Positions 19,103-27,835 of a stretch of 64,000 bases of DNA are shown here, one piece after another. The stretch's first letter is position 1; every line of letters begins with the position of its first letter. Origin of the DNA: a virus; the IMG/VR virus record IMGVR_UViG_3300028920_000004, positions 1-64,000 of that record. The stretch is one strand, 5' to 3'. Below the pieces are notes generated by a model that saw only the letters and a list, made by a program, of their open reading frames with translations, was not told the DNA's origin and made no database searches. Made by a program: the position numbers and the translations under genes.

Positions 19103-19416
19103 TATTAGAATATATTAAAAACTGGCAATTTTGGACATTTATTATAGCTATTGCTTCATTACTTTATAGTATGGCTAACCATATAGTAGGTAAAATAGTA
19201 GCCTCTAAAATTCAAAATAATGAACTTAAACATTTAAAACTTGATATTGATAATATAAGAAAAGAAGAACTTATGTTTAAAAAAGACTTGAAAAAAGAAT
19301 TGCATGGTATTAAACTTATTGTAAGAAGGGTAGAACGTAAGCAAATTAAAAGAGATGCGATATGTGAGGAACATTTGCATAGGTATTATAGTGGAAAAGG
19401 TAAGAAAAAAGAATAA
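19099..19416 (+). CDS. Single-TM coiled-coil protein (holin-like candidate)
   Basis: N-terminal TM, basic C-terminus. Confidence 0.45.
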   Translation: MILEYIKNWQFWTFIIAIASLLYSMANHIVGKIVASKIQNNELKHLKLDIDNIRKEELMFKKDLKKELHGIKLIVRRVERKQIKRDAICEEHLHRYYSGKGKKKE

Positions 19417-19493
19417 AAGATAATAAAGAGACTAAGGTTTAATCTAAAGAAGAGAAAAAACCTTATAAATTAGTCAAAGGAGGACTAAATACT

Positions 19494-20753
19494 ATGGCGA
19501 TGATTCATGCGAAAAAGTATAAACCCCGAATATTTCCAATTAAAGGAGATGCTTCTGATGCTGAGATAGATAGGGCACAAAAAATTGCTCCTACAGCTAC
19601 TCTTAATAGAGATGAAGTCAAGGAAATAGGTAGGGAAAGTAATGATGGTGTGGTTGGTTATATAAAAAGAGCTTCTAGTGTTGCCTATTCTCTTACTCAG
19701 TTAGAATATGGCAGTTTAGAATTTTGGCAGAAGCTGATTAATGATGATACTCTTGGTAATGATGGAGAAACTCCAATAGACCTTGATGATTTTAATAATG
19801 CTTATTTTAATATTTGTGCTTATTTAACCGATGATGATGATAATTTTGTAGGTACAATGTGGTACCCTAAATTAAGGACTTCTGGATTTTCTATTACAGT
19901 GGGAGACCCTGATGCTATTATAGAAAGAAGTTTTGATTTGGTTGGAGAATCTGCTGTTCAATGGCAAGGAGATAATAAGTATATCATATATGGTACACAT
20001 ACTGCTGGTTCTGGTGGAGATAATGAAATAGATTTAACTTCTAAAGAACCTGCGGAAGACCCTGATAATAGCGGAGAATATATGTTAATGGTTACTAGAT
20101 ATAGAAGTGGAACTGGAACTACAGAATTGACAGTTAGTACAGATTATAGTTATAGTAGTGTAACTAAAATATTGACTATAAATGCTTCTGCTATTGCTAC
20201 TGGAGATGTGATTAAATATTGGTATACTTCCGCTACTGCTCCTGATGCTCAATTTACAGTAAATGATTCTGACCCTGTAGCTATTGCTGGAGATTCCGTT
20301 AGTATATATTTATATATCCCTGCAAGCGGAAAACCTTCAAGTTCTGATTATATATATAAACTACAAAGTGCTACTATAGATGTTTCTCTTAGTAGAACTG
20401 ACTATAAAGAACTTGGTAATAAAGCAGTGGTTAAAAGAGGTGTAGATGATAAGACTGTAACAATTACTTTGGGTAGAATACTTAGCGAAACTACAGTTGA
20501 AGAGGTTTTAAGAGGGGCTGGTTCGGATTATGGTAAATTAGATGTAGATGAATTTACCGATGAGGCTACTCTTATAATTAAATTTTATGCTGATAATTCT
20601 AAGACTTCGTTTAAGTATGGTATAAAATGTACAGATTTAACAGTTTCCAATTTTAATCCTAGTGTAGATGTTGGAGCTTATGCTGAAAGAGAGAATGTGC
20701 TAACTGGAAGTTCTATGCAAATTACTGCATCTACTTCTGAATTAGGCATATAA
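19494..20753 (+). CDS. Major tail tube protein with inserted beta-sandwich domain
   Basis: Strong SD, position upstream of chaperones and tape measure, followed by hairpin. Confidence 0.7.
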   Translation: MAMIHAKKYKPRIFPIKGDASDAEIDRAQKIAPTATLNRDEVKEIGRESNDGVVGYIKRASSVAYSLTQLEYGSLEFWQKLINDDTLGNDGETPIDLDDFNNAYFNICAYLTDDDDNFVGTMWYPKLRTSGFSITVGDPDAIIERSFDLVGESAVQWQGDNKYIIYGTHTAGSGGDNEIDLTSKEPAEDPDNSGEYMLMVTRYRSGTGTTELTVSTDYSYSSVTKILTINASAIATGDVIKYWYTSATAPDAQFTVNDSDPVAIAGDSVSIYLYIPASGKPSSSDYIYKLQSATIDVSLSRTDYKELGNKAVVKRGVDDKTVTITLGRILSETTVEEVLRGAGSDYGKLDVDEFTDEATLIIKFYADNSKTSFKYGIKCTDLTVSNFNPSVDVGAYAERENVLTGSSMQITASTSELGI

Positions 20754-20759
20754 TATAAA

Positions 20760-20796
20760 TTTAGGGTAGGGAAGAAATTTTCTTCCCTACCTTTAA
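20760..20796 (+). terminator. Stem-loop after major tail gene
   Basis: GGTAGGGAAGAA / TTCTTCCCTACC inverted repeat. Confidence 0.65.
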
Positions 20797-20816
20797 AAAG
20801 GTAAGCGGAGGAAAGT

Positions 20817-21050
20817 ATGGGAAGAGTAAAAGAATATAGAGTAAGTGAAGAATATTTGAATACTGTCATATCTAATGGTTCTAAAACTTTAGTTGGGCAA
20901 ATAATGAAAAGATTTGACAATTCAGATAATGTAGAAGAGATTAAAAAAGAGGTAAGGGAGTTAGTGTACGAGAATTATAGAACTATTAAAGCATATATAC
21001 AAGCCTTTCAAGCAGGTCTTGAATTTGAAACTCCCAAGAAACAGGATTAA
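20817..21050 (+). CDS. Hypothetical protein (tail region)
   Basis: GGAGG SD. Confidence 0.6.
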   Translation: MGRVKEYRVSEEYLNTVISNGSKTLVGQIMKRFDNSDNVEEIKKEVRELVYENYRTIKAYIQAFQAGLEFETPKKQD

Positions 21051-21071
21051 ACTGTAACTTGGGATTTTTTT
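21033..21071 (+). terminator. Possible terminator
   Basis: CCCAAG..ACAG..CTGT..CTTGGG then T-run. Confidence 0.45.
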
Positions 21072-21088
21072 GTAAGAGGAGGTAAGTA

Positions 21089-21757
21089 ATGTCGGAAAAG
21101 AAAAAGTTTAAAATAGCCAAAAAAGCTTTAGAAGCCCTTCAGAATTTAGAAGCAGAAACAGAAATAGAGGACGAAGTAAAAAATAATCAAATAGTATTTA
21201 AGTCTGGAGAGACTACCTATAGAGTTAGAATACCTTCTTCAGAAGAAACAGAAGATATATCAAGGTTTAGAAGAAAGAAGTATATAGAATTTTTGGATGA
21301 TGATTCTTATATATTTGAAGCAGATTTAAAGGCAAAATTAAAAAAGAAAAATGTTGATATTTCAAAAATAGATGATAAAATTGCTACTTTATCTAAAAAA
21401 ATCAAAAAAAAGTTTTTGGAGTTATCAACTTGTCAAGTAGATGATACTGCTAAGGAATTAGAGAAAGAGATTTTGGATATGAAAGAACAGGTATTTATAG
21501 AAGTTAGAAAAAAATCTAATTGGTTAGCAAATTCTTTAGAAAATCAACTGATGGTAGAAACTAGTTCGTATACTATTTATTTGGTTTTAGAAAAAAAAGT
21601 TAAAGTAAAAAAAGAAGAAACGAAATGGGAAAGAGTATTTAAATCTTATGAAGATTTTAATAAGAGTAAAAATACTGATTTGATGGCTAAAGCATATTCT
21701 AAAGGTTCAAAAATTTTGTATGTGGAAAGATTAAATGTGGAGCCAGATAATGCCTAA
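21089..21757 (+). CDS. Putative tail assembly chaperone
   Basis: Between tube and tape measure; helical, charged. Confidence 0.55.
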   Translation: MSEKKKFKIAKKALEALQNLEAETEIEDEVKNNQIVFKSGETTYRVRIPSSEETEDISRFRRKKYIEFLDDDSYIFEADLKAKLKKKNVDISKIDDKIATLSKKIKKKFLELSTCQVDDTAKELEKEILDMKEQVFIEVRKKSNWLANSLENQLMVETSSYTIYLVLEKKVKVKKEETKWERVFKSYEDFNKSKNTDLMAKAYSKGSKILYVERLNVEPDNA

Positions 21758-22097
21758 TACGAAAATTCTTAGAAAATTAGCTAGGTCAAATAAATATCAA
21801 AACATTTATAATCAATGTAAAAAAATTCATGGTATAACTTTATTTAAAAACAAGAATAATTTTACGGAATTGCAACAAGAATTTTTATATTGGTTATCAG
21901 TTTATTCTATGCTGTACGATGACTTATATAATAACGAAAAATTTATCAATGAGGAAATAATAAAAAATGATATTAGGGTAGATGCTTATTTAATATATAA
22001 AGAAGAAAAAAGAAAAAACCCTAAAAAATATAAAAAACTTGAAGAATCAATCTCAACTTCTAAGTTGACAGGAATACCTACGTTAAAATTTGAATAA
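21735..22097 (+). CDS. Putative second tail assembly chaperone (start probably 21750)
   Basis: Directly upstream of tape measure. Confidence 0.5.
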   Translation: MWSQIMPNTKILRKLARSNKYQNIYNQCKKIHGITLFKNKNNFTELQQEFLYWLSVYSMLYDDLYNNEKFINEEIIKNDIRVDAYLIYKEEKRKNPKKYKKLEESISTSKLTGIPTLKFE

Positions 22098-22110
22098 GGA
22101 AGTGTAAACT

Positions 22111-25100
22111 ATGAATATGGGAAAACAATATTTAATAAATTTCTTGGTTACTATGACAGGGGATAAAATAACTGCTAAGAGATTTAAAATGTTTGAAGCT
22201 CAAATTAAAGGTACAGGTAAAACTATGGTGGCTACTGGAAAACAAGCTCAAACTATGGGTAATTGGTTCTCTACTATTGCTAAAAGAGCTTTATTAACAA
22301 TCCCTGCCTGGTTATTACTTAGAAGAATATTTATGGGAATTTTTGGAACCATAGACCATGTTACTACTAAGAATATGGAATTAGCAGATGCTATGGCTAG
22401 AATAAAAACTGTAGTATCAGCATCTTCTAAACACATAGAAAGAGATATGGCTATCATAGAAGAAGTTATATCTAGGGTAGCAGTTACTACTCGAAGAGAT
22501 ATAGGCGAATTAGCAGAAGTTTTCTATTATTTAAGAACTGCTAATTTAACTACTGCAGAAGCTATATCTGCTTTTGAACCTACAGTGGCTACTTTAGTAG
22601 GAACTATGGGGGATGCTAAAACAGTAACTAGAGCAGTAGCAGGTATATATAATACTATGGGAGAAAATTTAGGTAAAAATTTATCCACTTATGAGAAGTT
22701 CCAAAAAATAAATGATGTTTTGACCTACACCTATGCTTGTTATACTCCAGATACAGAGGTTTTAACTGATAAAGGTTGGAAACTGTTTACAGAATTAGAT
22801 AGAACAGAGAAAGTAGCAACTTTAAATCCAAATACTCACGAATTAGAATATCAAAAACCGATAAAATATGTGAACAAAGATTTTGAAGGTAAATTATTAC
22901 ATTTAAAAGGAAGATTTGTAGATATTAAAGTAACACCTTTGCATAAATTATATGCCAAAATAGGATATAAAACAAAGAATAAAGCCTATAAAAGAGTAAG
23001 AGCAGAAGAAGTATATAGAAAACCTAAAACTTTTTATAGGGGTTCTAATTGGAACGGAAAAAATCCTGAATATTTCGTTTTACCAGAAATAGATAATCAT
23101 CAATTAGATGGTAAATCAAAAAGAATTCCTATTAAAACTTGGTTAAAATTCCTTGCTTGGTATTTAAGTGAAGGAACTTATATGTGGAAAGAAGGGATAG
23201 ACCCTACATATAAAATTCAAATTTATCAATCTAGAAAATCTAAATATTGGGATAAATTAAAGAAAATTATGGAAGAAATGCCCTTTAACTATTCTGAGTT
23301 TAATAGAGGATTTATAATACATAGCAAACAGCTTACATCTTATTTGAAACAATTTGGAAAATCTTATGAAAAATTTATACCTGATTTTGTTAAAAAATTA
23401 TCCAAAGATTTGATAAGGCTTTTCTTAAAAACATATACTTATGGAGATGGAAGCTTTCGTAAAAAATCCTTTGTTATTATTACAAGCTCTAAAACGATGA
23501 GAAATGACCTACAAGAATTAGGATTAAAGGCTGATTATGGTACTACTTATAAAATTAGAAACGGAAAAGTTAAAAATATATGTGGAATAACCACAAAAAA
23601 GAAGACAAGAAACTGTTGGGGGATTAGTTTTTCTGACAGAACAGAAATTTTAATATCACAAGAAAAAAATGAATATTATGCTAAAAAACAAAATAGAAAA
23701 ACTACCAGTAAAGAAGAATGGATTGATTATAAAGGCAAAGTAGTTTGTGTAGAAGTTCCAAACCATACATTATTTGTTAGAAGAAAGGGAAAAGCTTTTT
23801 GGTGCGGAAATACCCAAGATGTCCAAATAGATGAATTAGCATCTTCTTATACTAAATTGGCTCCTTATTTAACAGGACTATCGGATAGTTTTACAGATAT
23901 AGTTACTATGTTAGGTTTCCTTAATACTCGAATGTTGAGAGCAGGAAGAACTGGTAGATTATTGGGTAGAACTATATTACAACTTACTAAAAATGCAGAT
24001 AAATTGAGAAAGTCTTTTGGTGTTGTTTTTGACCCTGATGCTCCTATTAGTTTATTAGATACTATTGAACAAATTAATATATCTTTAGCCACTCAAGGAG
24101 ATATTACTTCCAAACAATCAGAAATGTTGAGGGAAGTTTTTGGAACCAGAGGTTTAGTACCTATGAGGTTAATGTTAGCTTCTTATAATGATATGATTGA
24201 AGCTATAGATGAGGCAAATATAAAGGCTGAAGGATATGCCGAAAAAATGAGATTAATAAGAGAAGCTACTGCTAAAGCTCAAATAGGAAGATTTAAAAAT
24301 TTATTGGTAGTTTTATCTAAAGATTTTGCCTCCGCTACTGGTAACGCAGGAGATTTTGTTGAAATGCTTACTAAAATGAATGATAATTTAGAAATAAGTA
24401 GAGATTCAGTGAGTAGTTATGGTACTACTATAGGATGGTTATTTGATTCTATCAATAGAGGTATTGCACCTTTAACTGCTGGTTGGGCACAATTAATGGA
24501 CATTCTTACTTTTAATTTTCAAGATGTTATGCCTCATGGAGCATGGGGAATATCACAATTTATGGGGCTTAAAAATCTTGGAGATTATGCTTATGATTTA
24601 GAAGAAAAACGATTAGAAACGCAAAGAAAAAGACAAAAAGAAGAGAGCATCAGATTAAGGATGCAAACCAAAGAAGTAGAACTACAGGAACAATTAACAG
24701 AAGCTGAAAGAGATACTGAAAAGATGTTAAAGCATCAATCAAATTTGATGAAAAATTTAGGAGCTTCTTCTTTAGCGGTTAGCAAATATGAATATGAAAA
24801 ATTAAAACTGATATATCAAGAAACTGGAGCCAGAGAAGATTTAAATAATATGACAAAAGCTAGAAATAAGCTTTTGGAAGAACAAGCAAAGTCTCAACAG
24901 AAATTAGTGGAACAAGCAGAAAAATTAATTTCTAAATATGTAACAGCAAATAAAGAAAGACGAGAAGAATTAGAAACTCTTGCTAAATTGAGACAGTTAT
25001 CCCCTGCTGAAATGGGAGGGGTATGGAGTAGATTATGGGATGAAAATGAATTGTCTTTAGTATTGGATAATCTTGAATATTTTACAAGTGAACAACAAAA

Positions 25101-25677
25101 AGCTATATATGAAATAGCAAGAGCAAAATTTCCGCATTTTGCAGAGCTTATTGATGAACCTTTTGGTAAAGAAGCGATAGATGAATTTTCCTCTTATTGG
25201 AAAGAACAAGGATATGATAAAGGACAAGAATTTTGGAATAAATGGGAAGAATTAGGAATAAAAGCTATAAATAATGTTTTTGGGGAAAGTTGGGATAGAG
25301 TTTTAGAAGATTTTAAAGTATTTGTAACAGGAATATCGGAAGTTACAGCTTCTCAACAAAATTATAGAGAAATGTTAGAACAAATAAAACAAAAAGAATC
25401 TTATGCCACTGCTTTTGGCTCTCCTTTAGATAGGTATCATTCAAAACGTCAACATTGGACGTACCAAAGTAAAATGGCTGGAGTGCCTAATGTTCAAACA
25501 GGATTTGGAAAACAAATAGCTCCTATAAATGTGGCTGTAAGTGTAGATGGAGCTTCTAAGGATTTAGCCAATGCAATTTCTGAAAAAATAAAATCAGAAT
25601 TAATAGCTGATAAAAATTTTACTGAAAGTTTGGTAAAGTCAAACAGAGATTTAATAATAAGAAATTTAAAATGGTAA
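22111..25677 (+). CDS. Tail tape measure protein (TP901-type core) containing an intein
   Basis: Helical TMP core (DVLTYTYA/TQDVQIDELASSYTKLAP, GRTGRLL, EVFGTRG) and coiled-coil C-terminus. Confidence 0.85.
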   Translation: MNMGKQYLINFLVTMTGDKITAKRFKMFEAQIKGTGKTMVATGKQAQTMGNWFSTIAKRALLTIPAWLLLRRIFMGIFGTIDHVTTKNMELADAMARIKTVVSASSKHIERDMAIIEEVISRVAVTTRRDIGELAEVFYYLRTANLTTAEAISAFEPTVATLVGTMGDAKTVTRAVAGIYNTMGENLGKNLSTYEKFQKINDVLTYTYACYTPDTEVLTDKGWKLFTELDRTEKVATLNPNTHELEYQKPIKYVNKDFEGKLLHLKGRFVDIKVTPLHKLYAKIGYKTKNKAYKRVRAEEVYRKPKTFYRGSNWNGKNPEYFVLPEIDNHQLDGKSKRIPIKTWLKFLAWYLSEGTYMWKEGIDPTYKIQIYQSRKSKYWDKLKKIMEEMPFNYSEFNRGFIIHSKQLTSYLKQFGKSYEKFIPDFVKKLSKDLIRLFLKTYTYGDGSFRKKSFVIITSSKTMRNDLQELGLKADYGTTYKIRNGKVKNICGITTKKKTRNCWGISFSDRTEILISQEKNEYYAKKQNRKTTSKEEWIDYKGKVVCVEVPNHTLFVRRKGKAFWCGNTQDVQIDELASSYTKLAPYLTGLSDSFTDIVTMLGFLNTRMLRAGRTGRLLGRTILQLTKNADKLRKSFGVVFDPDAPISLLDTIEQINISLATQGDITSKQSEMLREVFGTRGLVPMRLMLASYNDMIEAIDEANIKAEGYAEKMRLIREATAKAQIGRFKNLLVVLSKDFASATGNAGDFVEMLTKMNDNLEISRDSVSSYGTTIGWLFDSINRGIAPLTAGWAQLMDILTFNFQDVMPHGAWGISQFMGLKNLGDYAYDLEEKRLETQRKRQKEESIRLRMQTKEVELQEQLTEAERDTEKMLKHQSNLMKNLGASSLAVSKYEYEKLKLIYQETGAREDLNNMTKARNKLLEEQAKSQQKLVEQAEKLISKYVTANKERREELETLAKLRQLSPAEMGGVWSRLWDENELSLVLDNLEYFTSEQQKAIYEIARAKFPHFAELIDEPFGKEAIDEFSSYWKEQGYDKGQEFWNKWEELGIKAINNVFGESWDRVLEDFKVFVTGISEVTASQQNYREMLEQIKQKESYATAFGSPLDRYHSKRQHWTYQSKMAGVPNVQTGFGKQIAPINVAVSVDGASKDLANAISEKIKSELIADKNFTESLVKSNRDLIIRNLKW
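22738..23811 (+). mobile_element. 358-aa intein with LAGLIDADG homing endonuclease
   Basis: Starts CYTPDTEVLT, block B VTPLH, FLAWYLSEG and YTYGDGS motifs, ends VEVPNHTLFVRRKGKAFWCGN followed by Thr. Confidence 0.92.
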
Positions 25678-25681
25678 AAAA

Positions 25682-26095
25682 ATGTCTATTAATAATTTTA
25701 CAGTAAAAATTAATTTTAATGATGGAACCTATGATTATGATTTACCATATGTGTTCCAAGTTGCAGACCCAAAAGAAGGGATGAAATCTGTAGATATTGA
25801 AGGTGTAGCTAAAGACGGAAGTAATATGCTTCCTGGAGGCAAAAAAAGTCAAGAGATAAGAATTAGAGGTAGAGTATTTGGTGATGATTATGATGAAGTT
25901 CAAGAAAATTTAAGTGAACTTAAAACTAAAATAACTACTGATATTGCTACTCTTACTTTAAAATATTGGAATGGTTCTACTTGGGTAAATAATTGGCAAT
26001 ATACTGTAAGAAGAATAGAACCTATAAAATTTAGAGAATCTTTAAGAAGAAGAAAACAAGAATATGAAGTTTCTTTTCTTGTGTTAGTATATTAA
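25682..26095 (+). CDS. Distal tail (Dit)-like protein, paralog 1
   Basis: Directly after TMP; aligns over its full length with next ORF. Confidence 0.6.
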   Translation: MSINNFTVKINFNDGTYDYDLPYVFQVADPKEGMKSVDIEGVAKDGSNMLPGGKKSQEIRIRGRVFGDDYDEVQENLSELKTKITTDIATLTLKYWNGSTWVNNWQYTVRRIEPIKFRESLRRRKQEYEVSFLVLVY

Positions 26096-26104
26096 GGAGA
26101 AAAA

Positions 26105-26509
26105 ATGTCTGGAATTAGAACTAGATTAATATTTGATGATGGAAGCTCCTATACTTTTCCTTATGTTTTTCATATAGATGACCCAAAAGAAGGGATGAAA
26201 TCTAGAATTATAGATGGAAATAGGGGAGATGGAAGTATAGTAATTCCAGGAAATAAAGAAAGTCAGGATATAACAATAGAAGGTAGATTTGTAGAAGATG
26301 GATATGAAAATATAACTTCTCAAATAACTTCTATGAGAAATTCTATATCTACTAATCAGGCTTCCTTAAAATTGCAACATTATAATGGAAGTTCTTGGGA
26401 AACGGATTGGGAATATACTGTTCGTAGAAAAGAAGAGATAGAATTTCCAGAAAGTTTAAGAACTGCGGAACAAAAATATAAAGTATTATTTAAAGTATTA
26501 AGTTATTAA
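26105..26509 (+). CDS. Distal tail (Dit)-like protein, paralog 2
   Basis: Shares PYVF..DPKEGMKS, SQ.I.I.GR, W.YTVRR, F.ESLR with previous ORF. Confidence 0.6.
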   Translation: MSGIRTRLIFDDGSSYTFPYVFHIDDPKEGMKSRIIDGNRGDGSIVIPGNKESQDITIEGRFVEDGYENITSQITSMRNSISTNQASLKLQHYNGSSWETDWEYTVRRKEEIEFPESLRTAEQKYKVLFKVLSY

Positions 26510-26542
26510 AAGATAGAAAAATAAAGAAGGAGGAAATATCAA

Positions 26543-27202
26543 ATGGCAACTAATTTAACTGTTTCAGCCAATATTCTAGATGCGGATTTGGCTTATGATG
26601 CCAGTGGTGCGAGTTATATTGATATGGATTTGACTAACGATTATTTGATATGGACAGAAGGAGATGCTATTGTCAAGGATTTAATGACCCACGAACCAAC
26701 TGCTGACGAGCTAAATGATGCCTCAACTATCATAGACCCTAGTTCAGATACTACAGTTAATCTTTTACTGTTAATGGACTATTCTCATGATGTTGGAGGT
26801 TCATATTATACTCATAAAGTGATAGGTATGGGTGAAAATAAGCGTTATGTATTAGGTTTTAGATTTGATGATGCAACCGCTTCAGAACCTCAATTAGAAG
26901 CTTGGGATGATTCTGACCATGATAGTTATGATAATCATGTATTAGGAAATGGAACTCCAGCAAATTCTATGGTAAAGGCAGTATGTACCACTTCAGGTGC
27001 TCCTGGAGCTAGTTGGGCTGGTAGTGCAATAGCTGGTGGAAGTAATGTTCTTGAATTAAATGATGGTAATGGGGCTATCTCTGCTCCTGCTTCTGGAACT
27101 ACAGAAGACCTTTATGCTAATGTAAAAATAGTTATTCCTGCTGGATATGCCACACCTGCGACTGAGACTTTTGTGTTGACAGTACGTTATACTTGGTCAT
27201 AA
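26543..27202 (+). CDS. Acidic structural (tail-tip) protein
   Basis: Strong SD, beta-rich composition. Confidence 0.55.
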   Translation: MATNLTVSANILDADLAYDASGASYIDMDLTNDYLIWTEGDAIVKDLMTHEPTADELNDASTIIDPSSDTTVNLLLLMDYSHDVGGSYYTHKVIGMGENKRYVLGFRFDDATASEPQLEAWDDSDHDSYDNHVLGNGTPANSMVKAVCTTSGAPGASWAGSAIAGGSNVLELNDGNGAISAPASGTTEDLYANVKIVIPAGYATPATETFVLTVRYTWS

Positions 27203-27229
27203 AAATCATATAAACATAGGAGAAATATA

Positions 27230-27835
27230 ATGAAGAAAGATAATATTCAACCTATTTTTATTATAATATTTGAAGATAATACTAAGTTTGAAGGTGGAAC
27301 TTCTTATTATGAAACTAAATGGAATCAAATTCCAGATAAGAAGATAAGAAATATATTTTATAGATTACCTTCTGGAGATTCTTTATGTTTACCAGTCGGA
27401 GATAAATATTATCACAAAGTAGAAGCTACTCAAGATATTTATGGAGGTAAAAATAAAGGTAAAGTTATATTGAGATATGCTTATATTATGGTAAAAAGAG
27501 GAGAGAAAGTTATACAATATAAGATTCAATTATTTAACTCCATGTATAGAGAATGTCATTTGATTTTAAATTATAAAGGAAAAAAAATAAAAAAAATAAC
27601 TCCTAAAAATGAAGTATATATAGTAAAAGGTTCAGAAATTAAAGCTAAAAACCTTAGAAAAGGTAATACCATATCTAAATATAATTATAAAGACAAAAAA
27701 ATGGAAATTATGAATGTAATTGAAAATAAAATAATACCTAAGCTTGGAGATAAAAAAATAGGAAATATTTCTATTAAAATACTACCTATTAATAGTTCTG
27801 AAATAAAATCTCTCAACAAGGAGAATTGGAAATAA
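27230..27835 (+). CDS. Basic hypothetical protein, possible degenerate Hint-like segment
   Basis: ITPKNEVY...IKAKNLRKGNTI. Confidence 0.55.
   Translation: MKKDNIQPIFIIIFEDNTKFEGGTSYYETKWNQIPDKKIRNIFYRLPSGDSLCLPVGDKYYHKVEATQDIYGGKNKGKVILRYAYIMVKRGEKVIQYKIQLFNSMYRECHLILNYKGKKIKKITPKNEVYIVKGSEIKAKNLRKGNTISKYNYKDKKMEIMNVIENKIIPKLGDKKIGNISIKILPINSSEIKSLNKENWK

Noticed and set aside
19099-19416. Complete lysis cassette
   Set aside because: Only a weak holin candidate; no recognisable endolysin in the window
21700-21760. Classical -1 frameshift between the two tail chaperone ORFs
   Set aside because: The second ORF is in the +1 frame, has its own ATG overlapping the upstream stop region, and no phased slippery heptamer is evident
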